The translations under genes were made by a program, and so were the position numbers. DNA of 63,810 bases, counting the filler, from Lenisia limosa (taxonomy: Eukaryota > Protista > Breviatea), in the NCBI GenBank assembly GCA_001655205.1. It is 9 parts of 9 records of this genome, joined end to end, with 100 filler letters (N's around TTAATTAATTAA, not from the genome) between each part and the next. Parts side by side here need not be neighbours in the genome. Positions count along the whole stretch, not along the records: positions 16,046 to 17,951 come from LPNZ01001835.1; positions 18,052 to 44,700 come from LPNZ01008245.1; 7 more parts are not named here. One strand, 5' to 3'. The notes under the pieces are model-generated. The model did not search any database, had not been told where the DNA came from, and saw only the letters and a list, made by a program, of their open reading frames with translations. Positions 16,151 to 29,863 of the stretch are shown here, in pieces. Numbering within the stretch: position 1 is the stretch's first letter; each line of letters begins with the position of its first letter.

Positions 16151-17745
16151 TCAATCAGGCTGTCTTCGTAGAACGGTCCGGAGTAGTCCGGGGAATCCAA
16201 TAGGGAGGTCAGAAGCTACAGGGTGAGTTATGATAGAAACGGATGATAGAAGATGAGGCGTAAGGGATGATAGAAAAGGATGATAACTGGGCCAATATCC
16301 TCGCACCTTTATAACTGGGCCAATATCTTCATTCTCAGCGTCCACCAAGTCCACCAATAGAGGTGTCAGCCGGAGTCGACTGATTGTGCTGTTGAAGATC
16401 TGAGTCCTGGGGGGGGGGGGGGNNNNNNNNNNNNNNNNNNNNNNNNNNNNNNNNNNNNNNNNNNNNNNNNNNNNNNNNNNNNNNNNNNNNNNNNNNNNNN
16501 NNNNNNNNNCGAATAATCTGAAACTCCTAACAAGGTATGAAAATGAAGAAACGAAACAAAAAAAAAGAGCCCAAAATCTACTCTGTTGGCAAGCATTTGG
16601 CAAACAAATGGGGTTGAAAATAACAAAACAAATAAAGCCTAGGATAGTCGCTTCTGCAGAATTGAAGCAAAAGCGCAGTTTAAAAAGAAGAAAAAAAGAT
16701 AGCAGGCACAATAAAGATAAACCAAACCTGTCAACAATAGCCTGAAGTAAATTGAGAGTGAAGAGCTTTATTTTCTCCGAGTCAGCTGAATGGTAAATAT
16801 CTATCTAGCGTAATATCTCGTGTGATTATTTACCTCTTTCCAAAACAAACAAGAGAGAAAATAACCAAAAAGAGCACAGTAGAGAAACATAGTGTGAATC
16901 ACAGCAGAGAATTAGCAAAAGCGTCACTTAACCCAAGGGGTAGTTTGAAAAGTACTACAAACTAATTGTGGTTCACTATTTGAATGTAACAATTTCAGAA
17001 GTGTTGATTGAAGCGCTCAGGGCGGCGAGTTTGCTGCTGACAGTTATCGTGTAATGTCTATCAGATATCTTATTCATGGGTTGCAATTATGTGTTTTTTC
17101 TTGCATTGCATGCAATAATAACATGTTGAACGATGACAAACCTACTCCACTCTATTCTGGAGTACTCCTTGAGTTGTTTATTTCATTATTATTTGGGTGA
17201 TTTCTTGCATTTCCTTATTTATGTAGACTTAGAACTCAAGAGATACCTTGAAATGGCACTCCGACAAGCATTTCGCAAGTTCCCGAATGCCCCCATTGTA
17301 GACAACACACTATTTGGAAAAAAATAATGAAAGTGTGGTGGTAAGTGATTAAATGAGCCTTCGGGATAATTCCGCAGGGTAGTTTTTCGTATAAAACAGC
17401 CATGACATGGAAATTCAAAAAATGGTGAAAATTGCCTGGAATGTACCTATCCGACGCTATATGAGGCTAATACAACAATATATCGACGATGAGTAGGTGT
17501 TGGTTTTGCGTAGTCACTTAAATTATTCAAATTCCTCAAATATCGTGTTTAAACCCAAAAAAGGCAAAAAAAAAAAAAAAGTGAAGGCAAACTTCTAAAA
17601 TTGGATGATGGATGATGTGGGGGATGGGGATGGGCTCTCACCAAGTAGGGTCTTAACAGCGGGCATGAAGAGTTGCAGCAAAGCGTTGTGGATAGCGGTG
17701 GTAGTCGGTTCAGCCGCGTTATCAGGCTCGTCGGCTGCAATGGGA
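16151..17745 (-). CDS. 3' part of an unidentified multi-exon gene, possibly the C-terminus of the LamG/EGF protein
   Basis: GC-richer minus-strand blocks with AG/GT boundaries: ADEPDNAAEPTTTAIHNALLQLFMPAVKTLL, SSKLAALSASINTSEI, TQIFNSTISRLRLTPLLVDLVDAENEDIGPVIK and ASDLPIGFPGLLRTVLRRQPD*. The region lies on its own contig between two linkers. Confidence 0.45.
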
Positions 17746-18169
17746 TCGTACACCTAGGGAAAAGTGAGAAATAGTTACTCCATCTATAATGCTTGGAGGG
17801 ACTCCATCACAATGCTTAATAGTGACCCTCCCCCCTCCCCCTGTGCTCCAGGAGAGGGTACTGGAGGTGTGGGTTGGGGCAAGCGATCTTATACCTTCCC
17901 TAAAAACTATGGCTTACTTTGGGTTCTAATGACCGAAAAAAAAACGATATTNNNNNNNNNNNNNNNNNNNNNNNNNNNNNNNNNNNNNNNNNNNNTTAAT
18001 TAATTAANNNNNNNNNNNNNNNNNNNNNNNNNNNNNNNNNNNNNNNNNNNNTCCGCAGTACCGCATCCCATCACTCCAGGGGGGGGGGTACAATTAGAGT
18101 GAAACAAGGACTAAAAACCAAGGTAACTTAAACAACCTAGTACCCCACTCTCAAGAAGTTGCCAAGCGA

Positions 18170-21100
18170 AAGGTAGTCAGTGGAAACGGCAGTGAAGTCG
18201 TTTCCGGTGTAAACTCGAACACCGTTGGAGTAGGCCGCAAACTCTGAGGGGGGTGAAGATAGGAGGAAAACGATGATGGTTTAACGTGTAGCAGTAGCGC
18301 GCAGTTTTAGTCTGGCCATACCCTTGGAAGTAGCGTTGTAGGTCATGCCGTGATGGACCCATCCTGCAACATTGGAGTAACTGCAAAGTTAGGCATAATT
18401 CAAGAACACTGGTGCTCCTTATATCCTCACGCCAGATAAAAACCCGTACCCCTACGCTACGGTTTTACGTCTTGCTCGGTACCCCCCCCCCCCTNNNNNN
18501 NNNNNNNNNNNNNNNNNNNNNNNNNNNNNNNNNNNNNNNNNNNNNNNNNNNNNNNNNNNNNNNNNNNNNNNNNNNNNNNNNNNNNNNNNNNNNNNNNNNN
18601 NNNNNNNNNNNNNNNNNNNNNNNNNNNNNNNNNNNNNNNNNNNACCGTGTATCTAGAACGTGAAATGGGTCCGTTTACACATCAAAAGCACCCCTCTCCC
18701 ATACTGGTTGGAGTCCTGGCCATAGAAGGGTCTGAGAAGCCAGTATTCAACCTGAGAAGTCAAAGAGGAAAGCAACTACTGCGGCGAACTGTTTATACTC
18801 ATCACATTGAGTGTATCTTGTGAGTAGCACAAATAAGGAAAAGGATGATCATGCAATCGAGATACCAGGCACAGAAGGCGTACTGAGAAATCGCCAGTGA
18901 GGGAGATAGGCGCAGTCAACATAGCAGCAGTGAGGTTTCCGTCGTATCGGATAGGGAACTTGGCTGACAAACTGCGGGTATCCTGAGTTTTGCAGCCCGT
19001 TGCCTCGGAGCTGAACCCGGCTGTGCAGACGTCACAGTTGGGTCCCGCCCAATAGCCCTGAGCCAAGGACTGGTCACAAATGCACTTGCCTAATTGGGTA
19101 AGTTGTGATGACGTCAGCCAGAGTGCCAACCAGTGACAGCGTTGCACGACCCGTGAGCGGAGCAGTCAGAGCAAGGGGTGCGGAGGTTGGAGTTATCAGG
19201 ACAGAATCTGCGGAATGAATAAAATGAGCTGCCTATATAAGTTTTGGAGGGAGGGGGGGTCGCACCATCGACCCCAAACATATAGTACATGACATAATAT
19301 GTATACATGGGGGGGGGGTCAAAGATATACATGTTTTTTAAAGATGGTTTTACCCGTGATTTTGCTTGGAGGACACTAAATTCAAATAAAAAGTGATAGA
19401 ATTCACCGTATTTTTGACTGGGCACAGATTAATTTTTGATCAAAGAGAAAATTGTGACCTCAAAACATCCACTAAGGGTTTAGTATATATATTTGACCGC
19501 CATCCCAAGGACGACTAACCTGACATTGCGGACGTAGCCGTAGAACTCGTCGTTACCAACCAAACGGCTGTGCTGGCCGAGAATCAAGGGGCCACCAACC
19601 ACAGACGGCACATCAACTGCAGCATCAAAGCATATTGTGCACTGGTACAATATTATGCTCAAGTAGTTATTTGAGCAGAAAGCTACACCCACCGCCATAT
19701 CTGAGAGCAAGTCTGTCCTGGACGTAGATGCGGACTTCACCAGGGAGGTTGTTGTTGGCGTTTGGCCTCTGTGACTCATGCTCAAGCACTTCAATACGGA
19801 TGGTGACGTAGCCTTGTTCAGGAAGCTACACGCGGTATTAGGTCTCAAAACAGCCGCGCGATAAATGTCACACAAGACTCGTTTAAAGCCAGGTAACAGC
19901 CTACCTGATACTCCGTTGACGTTGTGTAATCTCCGTTACCGCCCATGTTCGCGTGTCGCATCCACACTCTGCACAGTCAGGGGTAGGGGGGGGNNNNNNN
20001 NNNNNNNNNNNNNNNNNNNNNNNNNNNNNNNNNNNNNNNNNNNNNNNNNNNNNNNNNNNNNNNNNNNNNNNNNNNNNNNNNNNNNNNNNNNNNNNTAGTA
20101 CATGCACAGTTGTATGTAGTCATAATTGCTGCCGGATGGATATCCCTAAAAGATGAATGCCAAGTTCGTAGTTAACGAACACGTTTCACCCCAAATACAA
20201 GATTGAAGAAGCAACGGTGAGACACAGTCGGCAGCGAGGGGGTCATATCGAAGACTTCCATTGAGAGAGAGAAGCCCCTTCCCCTGGTGGTCTAGAAAGT
20301 CGGTGATAGGAAGGTCGAAATAATTCTGACTCCCTATTGACATTTTGTAATATTGCGTATTCGAAATAGCATCCTCCCAACACAGGGCAACAGCATCCTC
20401 CCAACACAGGGCAACAGCATCCTCCCAACCCAGGGCAACAGCATCCTCCCAACCCAGGGCAACAGCATCCTCCCAACACAGGGCAACAGCATCCTCCCAA
20501 CCCAGGGTAACAGCATCCTCCCACCCAGGGTAACTCCTCGGGAGGGATGACGACGGATTCGCCGCGGCCGAAGTACGTGCCTTTTTCGGGGTGTGTATTG
20601 CCCGGGTACTTCTCTTCAATGAGGGGAGTCTGGTGGGGGGGGGGGNNNNNNNNNNNNNNNNNNNNNNNNNNNNNNNNNNNNNNNNNNNNNNNNNNNNNNN
20701 NNNNNNNNNNNNNNNNNNNNNNNNNNNNNNNNNNNNNNNNNNNNNNNNNNNNNNNNNNNNNNNNNNNNNNNNNNNNNNNNNNNNNNNNNNNGGGTGAAGG
20801 AGGGTGATTGGAATATTACTTAATAGGAAAGTTAACCCAGCAAACCAGATCATAGCACGTGTCGGCAGTGAGGAGTCTCAGACAGCCGGACTGAAGCGAG
20901 TACCCCGAGACACACTCGTCACACTGCGTTCCGCCCCAGTGGCCTGGGGGGCAATAAACCGTGTCAAACAGGGGCGCAAGTTGGAAACAAATCCTCTGCA
21001 ATGCTGCCCACCAAGAACGTCCGATGTATGGCACTGACACACTCCAGTTACGCAGATTCCATGGCCACACGACGAAGCCGTACATGCCCCTGTGCAGTCA

Positions 21101-24100
21101 GCGAACTGGATATTCAAGTGAAACAGCTCGAATTGTTCAAGACCGCCTTCCCACCAAGAGAAAACGCAGGGTTGAAGGCGCCAAGAGAGGCGCCTCTAAG
21201 AACGCACTCGTGAGACCCCGTGGAAATGTCCTGAACACATTAAAACTGTCGGCACAATGGGTTTTGGTACATTGTGAACGATACAATTCGCTGCTACATG
21301 AACGTCATCAAATTTAACTCAACCAGCGCACCGTCCATGCTGCAATGCCCGAAACAGGCTCAGCAAAGTCGAATGCGGCAGCAAGAGAGGCCTCACCGCC
21401 ACTTAGAACAGATGTGGCCATTGGAGTGATGGTGGCAAGGTCTGTGGGGTAAAGAGCAATTGAAACAATGTCCTCTGCAAATCTGAGACGAGGTGGGGGG
21501 AACTATTTAAGGATCACCAAGATCAAGATATTATCCAGTTAAAAGAAAGGACTGGGTTGCGGCCTACCCAGGACAACAGAGAAGACGGCAACTTGGGCCA
21601 CTGCGCCTTTGAAACGGTCCGCCTTAGAGACAGGCTCCGAGGGCTGAGTGGTGAGTTGTGTGGAACTACCAAGAAGGCTAAATGTGACAAGAAAGGGAGA
21701 ACAGCCCACTCTTGAGAGGAAGACAGTGGAGGAGGCCGAGAGTGTCAGGGGGACAGTTTGTGTGTCAACCAAGACTCCATTCTAGGGAATAAGAAAACCA
21801 CAATAATGTAATAGACATCATCCCGATGTCTTTTCCTTGACTGCTCCGTTACCTTGTAGATCTTGAGCTCGTCCGATGAAAGACTACTGCAAAAAAGTCA
21901 GAACTTGAGTTTACTTCAACGGGAGCGAGAACAGAAAGACCCAGCCCCCCACTCATAAGACACCGTCAAGTGGGTCCAGACAGAAGCCTCAACGGTCAGG
22001 GTGCTGTTCATGAGGGCCGTGTCCGTCTCAATGGTACTGTAGAAGCCGGCGTTGAGAGCAAACTTCAATCCAGACGTGTCGGAAATGCTCAAAACGGGCT
22101 GAGGAGGTTAATTGTGCAATTGTAGATGTTTGGAAACAGAAATATCGACATAAAAAATCAAAATATCTAATAAGACAGTGCAATAGCCTACAGCGGCTCT
22201 AGTGAAGGGTTCGATCTTGACAAACGCAGTGAAGGTGAAGGCAGTTGTGGGGAAGCTGGGCATTTCTACCATAGCATAGCTACCGGGATTGAGGAGGACC
22301 GCCTGTGGCTTGCCCTCGCGATAATCCGTGTTGATGTCTTGACGAGCGGGCGAGAGAACGATGCCTGCGCCGTACTGGATGTATCCGTCGTCTTCCCACC
22401 GTTCCTCATAGATGCGGAAGTCTGTGGAAACGGCCACTTCAGCTCCTGTCTGAGGGGATAAATCGGAATGTAAAATATCAAGAAATCAAATTTAACACAA
22501 ACCAGCCGTAATGCCTCTAATCCATACCTCGGTATTGAACAATTGGAAGCCTCCAGACGAGTAAAGCTCAATTCGGTTGAGGCCAGTGTTACTGATGTAT
22601 CNNNNNNNNNNNNNNNNNNNNNNNNNNNNNNNNNNNNNNNNNNNNNNNNNNNNNNNNNNNNNNNNNNNNNNNNNNNNNNNNNNNNNNNNNNNNNNNNNNN
22701 NNNNNNNNNNNNNNNNNNNNNAAGGTACTATGACTATATCAACTCTCTTGGGGGTACTATCCTTATGCTCACTAAATATTGTGGTTCTTCAAAATGGCCT
22801 TGTAGTAACCTCCATTACTTGAACACGCGACGCGGACTAGGTGGTAAGAAAAGAGGGAACAGGATGAGCTGGAGCCAAGACCCCTAACTGGGAGTGGTAT
22901 CGAAGTAGTCGCAATAGTCGGCAGTGAGGATGACCTCCTTGCCGCCAGCCTTGGTCAGCATGAACGCTGGGTAATTGTCGTGTTTGGCTGTGTCAAAACG
23001 CTGTGGGGGGGGGGGGCTAAANNNNNNNNNNNNNNNNNNNNNNNNNNNNNNNNNNNNNNNNNNNNNNNNNNNNNNNNNNNNNNNNNNNNNNNNNNNNNNN
23101 NNNNNNNNNNNNNNNNNNNNNNNNNNNNNNNNNNNNNNNNNAATCAGAAAGGGGAGTAAAAAAAAAAAGAAAACATTCATTAAACAAAACCCCAACATAG
23201 ACAGGCATTACCGAGAATGATTACCACCCAACACCTTAGCATAGAAAGCCAGTTCAAGAGGCGCATCGATAGGAACGCGAGACTGTCCAGCAACATAGGC
23301 CGACTCGGATGTCAACTCACCTTGCAGCGTGGACTTCACCGATGATGATGTGATGGAGGCTTAGGGGTGATAGATGAACAAAGTGTAACAAATGCAGTTT
23401 CAGAGCCCTGACATGGCCCTACCCATTTTGGCACCACATATCTTAGCGACGTCTTCGGCCTCGGAAACCGTTCCGTTTTCCAAAGCAACGCGTTGATAGA
23501 AAGTGGCTGGAGGTGGGGGGTAAGGAATACAGGAACAACCCTCCGGCATCACAAGAAATAAGGTACTATCCTAGATGAAAAAAAAAAAAAAAAAANNNNN
23601 NNNNNNNNNNNNNNNNNNNNNNNNNNNNNNNNNNNNNNNNNNNNNNNNNNNNNNNNNNNNNNNNNNNNNNNNNNNNNNNNNNNNNNNNNNNNNNNNNNNN
23701 NNNNNNNNNNNNNNNNNNNNNNNNNNNNNNNNNNNNNNNNNNNNNNNNNNNNNNNNNNNNACGTTGATAAATGTGCAAATGTAGAATAGCAGTATAAGGG
23801 CCGAAGCTGTCTAGCGCCATCCCACCTCCACATCAGAAGAGTCAGAAATGTCGACTGCCGCAGAGGCTATGGCCGAAGAAACCTCCATTGTGCCTGGGGA
23901 AGGGGGTTAAGGACGTGAGCCAAGCTGACGGTACAGAGGGCACCAGAAGAAACAATGATGCAGAGTAGGAGTAAAGAATCAGTACCTGGGGTGACGTCGA
24001 GGTCCTCAACGCTGATACCAGTGAGTCCGACCCTATAGTAGTACCTGATGCGTTAATTGGACATTCTCCACCCTCAGCAACCACAAAATATATCCCCCTC

Positions 24101-25912
24101 CCACGTGTAGATTTCAATGGGCCCTGGCATCATATGAGCGGTGTCGTCCGTGAAACAAATGGTGCCAACGCCGTTGACCAGTATTGTGATATCATTGTTG
24201 ATCGCTATGATCTCAATGGTCTCAAACTGCTTGCGTGAGGACAGAGCTTGACATCAGATCCATTGAAACAGTGTGAAGATGGATCAATCCTCTAATATCG
24301 AACACCCTAAATTGCTACCCCCTCACGGGATAAGGAACATTGTTGACGTAAGCTTGCGTTTGCCAAGACTGTAAAGGGTAAGTTTGAAGTTAACGGAAGG
24401 GGTAAAGTGCAAAGAAAGAAGAGAGGAAAAAGAAGAGAGACAAAAAAAGAGATAGAGACAGAAGAAGAGAGACAAAAGAAACAAGTAATCCTTGAGGACT
24501 CACGCGTTCGTTCATCTTGCGTTGGAGCTTCATAGTGTTGTAGTAGGGTTGATATGTCACCTAAATACGTTAACAACAGATCGCTGCACGCCAATAATTT
24601 GCCCCCCTCCCCCTCGCACTAAATAACCCTCATCTGCTACGCCGCCGCGGAAGAGAAAGTAAATTCGGCCGTTGAGATTCGCAATGTAGGTCATGCTGCC
24701 GGGTCAGAACCAGAACCATATCCATCGATAATACACCCCCCAACTTGACACTCATTCTGAAGTTGACAACATTGCCATGGTTAAGAGAAATCTGATGTGT
24801 GAGAAGGAAAAAGTCCGAAGCAGTCCAGCACTAAGTCGCAACCCACCTTGTCGTGTTTATAATAGGAAGATGAGCAAAGTCCTTGAGTGCAGCTGTACCA
24901 TCCGTTGGCTGTGTATTAGCAATGGTGGGGGTATCAGAATGCCTGCCACTCAAAAACTATGATAAAAACAACATTGTTACACTCACTGCTCATTCGACAG
25001 AAAAATAAAACTAATCAATTGTCATAAAATTGAATCATTGGAACAAGATAGGAATCAAGAGCCGAATAGGGGTAGAGCAGCCCACTGCTCATGCTTTCAG
25101 TCTCCAAAACATCATATCCCNNNNNNNNNNNNNNNNNNNNNNNNNNNNNNNNNNNNNNNNNNNNNNNNNNNNNNNNNNNNNNNNNNNNNNNNNNNNNNNN
25201 NNNNNNNNNNNNNNNNNNNNNNNNNNNNNNNNNNNNNNNNNNNNNNNNNNNNNNGCCTTTTGAGCATGTACCAGACCCAGTAGCACGACCAATCGCCTTG
25301 GCCATCAGAGACGAGGAGGAAAAACGTAGTTGGAGCAAAACAAATCCGAGAAGGCAAAACGAAAATTTAGAATTCAAATGACAAATATGCACTCCATATC
25401 CCTGGTTACGCCATTTCTAGCGGGTTGCATGCCAATGACCTGCTCGAGGGACTATCAGGCTGAACAAACACGACCCACTTGGTTCAGAGAAAAAGTGTCG
25501 GAAAGTATTTACCCCTTTCTTCACCAAAACACAGAGGTATTAAAACAACAGGGTAGTGTTTCTACTCGAAGCGATGAAGAGATATAGCAACATTCCAGCC
25601 CGAATTGAAAGTGGTGGGAATACACATTTAGCCTTGCTTACTTGGACAAATTGGTTTCGGAATAGAGATTGTGTCTAAATGAGGTGAGAAGGTGTAGGGC
25701 GGTAAGATTAATCGTGGAAAAACACGAGACTCCCACAGTTTTCGGCGCAGAAACCCTGTCCAAAGTCGTTATCTGGAGGTACTACCTCTGGAACCTAAGG
25801 CGTTAGGGAACTTCATTGCTAAAAGCAGAGCACATACAACTTCATCAGAGGTTTCGCCTTCCTGCATCGACTGGCCACATAGGCAAAGCAAAACAAAGAA
25901 CAGCCATAACAT
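18170..25912 (-). CDS. Large secreted or cell-surface protein with LamG/pentraxin-like and EGF/laminin-EGF modules
   Basis: Signal-peptide-like start MLWLFFVLLCLCGQS (ATG 25912). EGF-type exons: CTASSCGHGICVTGVCQC, CPPGHWGGTQCDECVSGY, CSDCSAHGSC and CICDQSLAQGYWAGPNCDVCTAGF. LamG-like exons: FPTTAFTFTAFVK, GPLILGQHSRLVGNDEFYGYVRNVR and GWVHHGMTYNATSK. Confidence 0.75.
20368..20532. repeat. 24-bp tandem minisatellite (~7 units, AGCATCCTCCCAAC(A/C)CAGGGCAAC), intronic
   Basis: Directly visible head-to-tail units. They explain the repeating NSILPTQG and WEDAVAL ORFs in the track. Confidence 0.95.
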
Positions 25913-26327
25913 GGCCTGTCCCTTTACTTCCCTCGAGGGAACAAATTGAAGTGATACAAAATGCTAGCCCTTATATCAATATCTGCATAATATAATTAGT
26001 ACTAATGAGTCGTTTATTATATGCTATCCCCGTATTGTTTAGTTTCAGTACTTGTCTGATTTTTCTGACGAAAAAATTGTGGGGTTGGCAAAATGACATA
26101 TTTTTCATGGGCACAAATATGGAATTACAAGACCACACTGGAGTATTAGAATAGTCTATAACTCTAGCCCCATGATGACAAGCAGTCGCGCTGCTACTCC
26201 CAACTCCTGCCAAATCTCCACCCCAATCAGAATAAAAACATAGTACATAATACATAAATATATTCTCAGCCTGACAGCCTGAGATCAAAAACACAGCAAT
26301 CGAACACTTCCACACGTCATAGACTAC

Positions 26328-29300
26328 TTATTGGAAGTTGGACGAGGGGGGAGGGCGGGGTTTGACATGGTTCAAAGCCATAAATGCCTCAAGCTACAGG
26401 ATTACAGAAAGATTAAGGATTACAGAAGATTAAAGATTACAGAAAAATTCAGGATGGGCTTAGAGGAGGAAAACAAACTATAACAGTCGGTGACTCTCAT
26501 CTTACCTGTTCTGGTATTTCCTTTAAGGTGTGGGCAGCCAGCTCCAGTGGATTTTTTTCATAGTCCAAGAATGGGACGAACTAAAGACAAATGACTAACT
26601 GGACAGCCAAACCTGGACAATGTCTCTGGCAGCCACCTTGTCACGTGACCTCAGGAGGCCGTCATCTCCATCCAATTCGTCCATGCTTGAGAAGTCTGCC
26701 GAGCCCACACCGACAATAACAATTGAGAGGGGATGGGTCGAGGCTTCAACGATCGCTGCAATCGTTTCATCCAGATCTGTGATCGCTCCTGATGGGTATA
26801 TCAAATAATGTGGTATCTAAAGATCAAAACAGAGCCGGGTAAAAAAAAAGGTGATTCCATCTCCCCACCATCTGTGATGATTACAAGTACATTGTACTTC
26901 ATAAACTCCTGACAGGCCATATCAGAGACACACGCATGAATTGCTTCCTTAATCGTCGGGGCAAAGTTGGTGGGACCATAGAGCCGTACTTGCTGGAAGA
27001 TTATGGATTATGGTATAATATGCTTGTTTCCTCATGAATCGTCCTGAATATCATACGCCAGTATCTAGTATCCGCCAACATACCACTTACTGATACCAAT
27101 ATCCAACCTGAATGGCTGTCCGATACGCGTAGATCATGCCTTCAACACCGATCACTTCGGGTTGGTTCGACAGGTTGAAGCAATGTGATACCCCAATTCC
27201 TAAAGAGTAATTATATTCACTCCATTTGTCCAATGATCAGCAAATATGTCGTAAGTTTACAGTCACCGTATATGTAAATATGACAACTAAATATAAGGCT
27301 GTATCTGGCCGAAGATGTCCACACCATAACGCTTGAGATATAGGATTATAGTAAAAAAACAACATAAAATATTGAGCAACATTCTGAACCCAAGAGAGGC
27401 TGAAAAGATAATAAAACTGACTGCTCTGTAAAATTCGTTTAAATTTTCTTGCTGACTCACCAGGAACATTTCCACCAAAGCCGGTAATCTAAACTATCAT
27501 TAGCGAAGAGAAAATGACGTCAATAGTGATGAAACCAGACCACAACTTTGTTTATGGCAATAATCCCTCAACGAGCCATCCCATACCGGAAAAGAATTAT
27601 CATAGTCGTACGGGGCAAGCACATTGCCAATTGCATTGATGCACCTGCTATACTGCGAGGGTTGCTGATCCGTATCATAATGGAGCGAACTTGGATCGTG
27701 TGCCATTCTTCACGAGTATTAATCGGAGGGGATCTACACCCCTTACCCATTAGATAGAGTAAAGTCCACAGCAACCGACATTCCGATCTGCACACCACCA
27801 CATAAAAATGATTCGAAGCTACAAGGTAACAGGAAAACTCTCTCCAAACCTTGCCTTTTGCTCAATGATAGCAGAAATCACGTTAAGGAATCCTGGACTC
27901 TTTTTGTTCTTTTTAGTCTCCTTGCTGCCTAGTCATTAAATATGCATGCTCATAGTCAATAACGAGACCCATCTTAGTTTTAAGTACCCGGATACCTGGT
28001 TTGAAAACAAGGGCCAAGCCAGTACCAGTTGAGTGGACGAGTTCATCTGCTGAAATCTAACATATAATATATTAGAAGGAACAAAAGACCCCAGAATTGG
28101 CCTTCACATTACCTCGATTTGGGCCATGAACTGTGACTTCTTTGGACCATCATAGTCATAAACTTCAACTAAGAACTTCTCTGTAGGGTCTCTAGAAAGT
28201 CAGTACCAATTAGTATGTCTTGAAGTTTGTTTGGACTAAAATAGCTTAAATTTGTACTTCTTACCCTGTGACAGAGAGTGAAGAAACAGGAACTTCAATT
28301 GGGTTAAAGACGGGAGAAAGTGTCTTCTTATGAACTTCGGATTTGAACACTTGAGTACTCGTTGTCATGTTAGTGAAGGTAAGAAAGGGGTCTAAATCAT
28401 TACTTGTACATACAAAAAAGGTGATAGAAATTTCATCTACAGTTTTATAAGGTAAATCATCACCAAAACCTGTGCTCACCAGATTTGCCAAAAGTGTCCA
28501 TTTTAAGAAGTGCATCACATCCCAAAGATAGTTTCAGTAAGAGCCCATTCGGTTCGTTAATCTCACCAAAAATCTGAAGATGTAACATGCACTGTTCCTC
28601 AAAAAAATTTATATATGGATTACTGGAAGAGAACCCGCCTTGAATAGAACTGCGTGATAGACAAATGTCAAAAAAGAGTAATAATTCCTTGCTGCCTCAC
28701 ATACATGTACTGTGCCACACGACTTTTTAGCCCCTTGCTTTCTAAATGGTGACGATAATGAGCTAATAAATACATAAAACAAGGTGTGCAATATAAAGAA
28801 GACGGACCAGCTTTCAAAATACAGTAATATACCCATCCACTTACGTGAGTTCAAACTCTTTATTCTTGCCCCGTGATCCAAAAATACGCCCAACTGTTGT
28901 TTTAACAGAACCCTGGTAGTTTTAAATTACAATCGTGAAACTGAATTCAAGTAAACAAATCGCGCACCAATAGGTCGTACTTCCAAGTGCTGAAAGGTCC
29001 CTTGGCCTCACCATCCACATCAACGACCTATTCAATAAACAGAAAGATGCGATATATGAAATGTTTAGGAACAAAACCTCCCTCAAACACGAATTTCAAT
29101 TTGTTGTTCCTGTTCAAAGAAAAACGGCATTTTGACAGCTACATTATGTTAACGCAAAAACAAACACATGTAATAAGTCTATCCCAATTGAGAACAAATC
29201 AATCAGCCTAAAATGCCTTTACTTTTTTCAAAAACGGGATTGAGATTGTCTTTGATTGTTTCCGTACATCCGATGAAGGTCTCAGCTAAATATAAGAGAA

Positions 29301-29584
29301 CAATTAAAATTTGAAGCTGTTCGCATTTTTAAAATTATCCGATTGCACACCTGTGGATGCATTTGCGGGAGATAACAGAATTAACTTAGGATCACTCTTA
29401 GACATCTTATCCATGTTGAGCAAGTTTCTAAATGGTTGGTGTCAAATGAGATACAGCTGAACAGTTGATAAAAGAAAACTCCAATTAACAATTAACAACA
29501 GAGTAATGTAACAATCGTTATTATAAGTTTCCTTGCGGTATCTTACCTGCATTTGAATCGAAATAACGCTTCACTTCGTGACAT
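26328..29584 (-). CDS. Copine (two C2 domains plus vWA domain)
   Basis: Exons: [12 protein letters not shown]|[39 protein letters not shown]...[104 protein letters not shown] and last exon [21 protein letters not shown]. Confidence 0.95.
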
Positions 29585-29863
29585 AATGTCCAATCTAACA
29601 GAGAGCAAGTTATTCTTGATTTCTCTTCACCAGCTGCTTCACAAAAACAATTCCCTTTTTTGTAACAATACAACAACAGCTACTAATATTATATAATAGC
29701 GCAAAAACAATAATAAATAGAGAGTATAGCAAAGTGCAATGCACGCAAAATTTGAAAACAAAAGATATTGAACTGAACCTTCCGCTCCGACTCCTTAATT
29801 TTAGGTTTTTTTTTTTCAAATTGTGCTCTTTTATTTTCTCTTTGAGGTTGGGGCATATATACA

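Noticed and set aside
20368-20532. CRISPR-like array
   Set aside because: The units are head-to-tail with no unique spacers, the context is a eukaryotic intron, and no cas genes are present.
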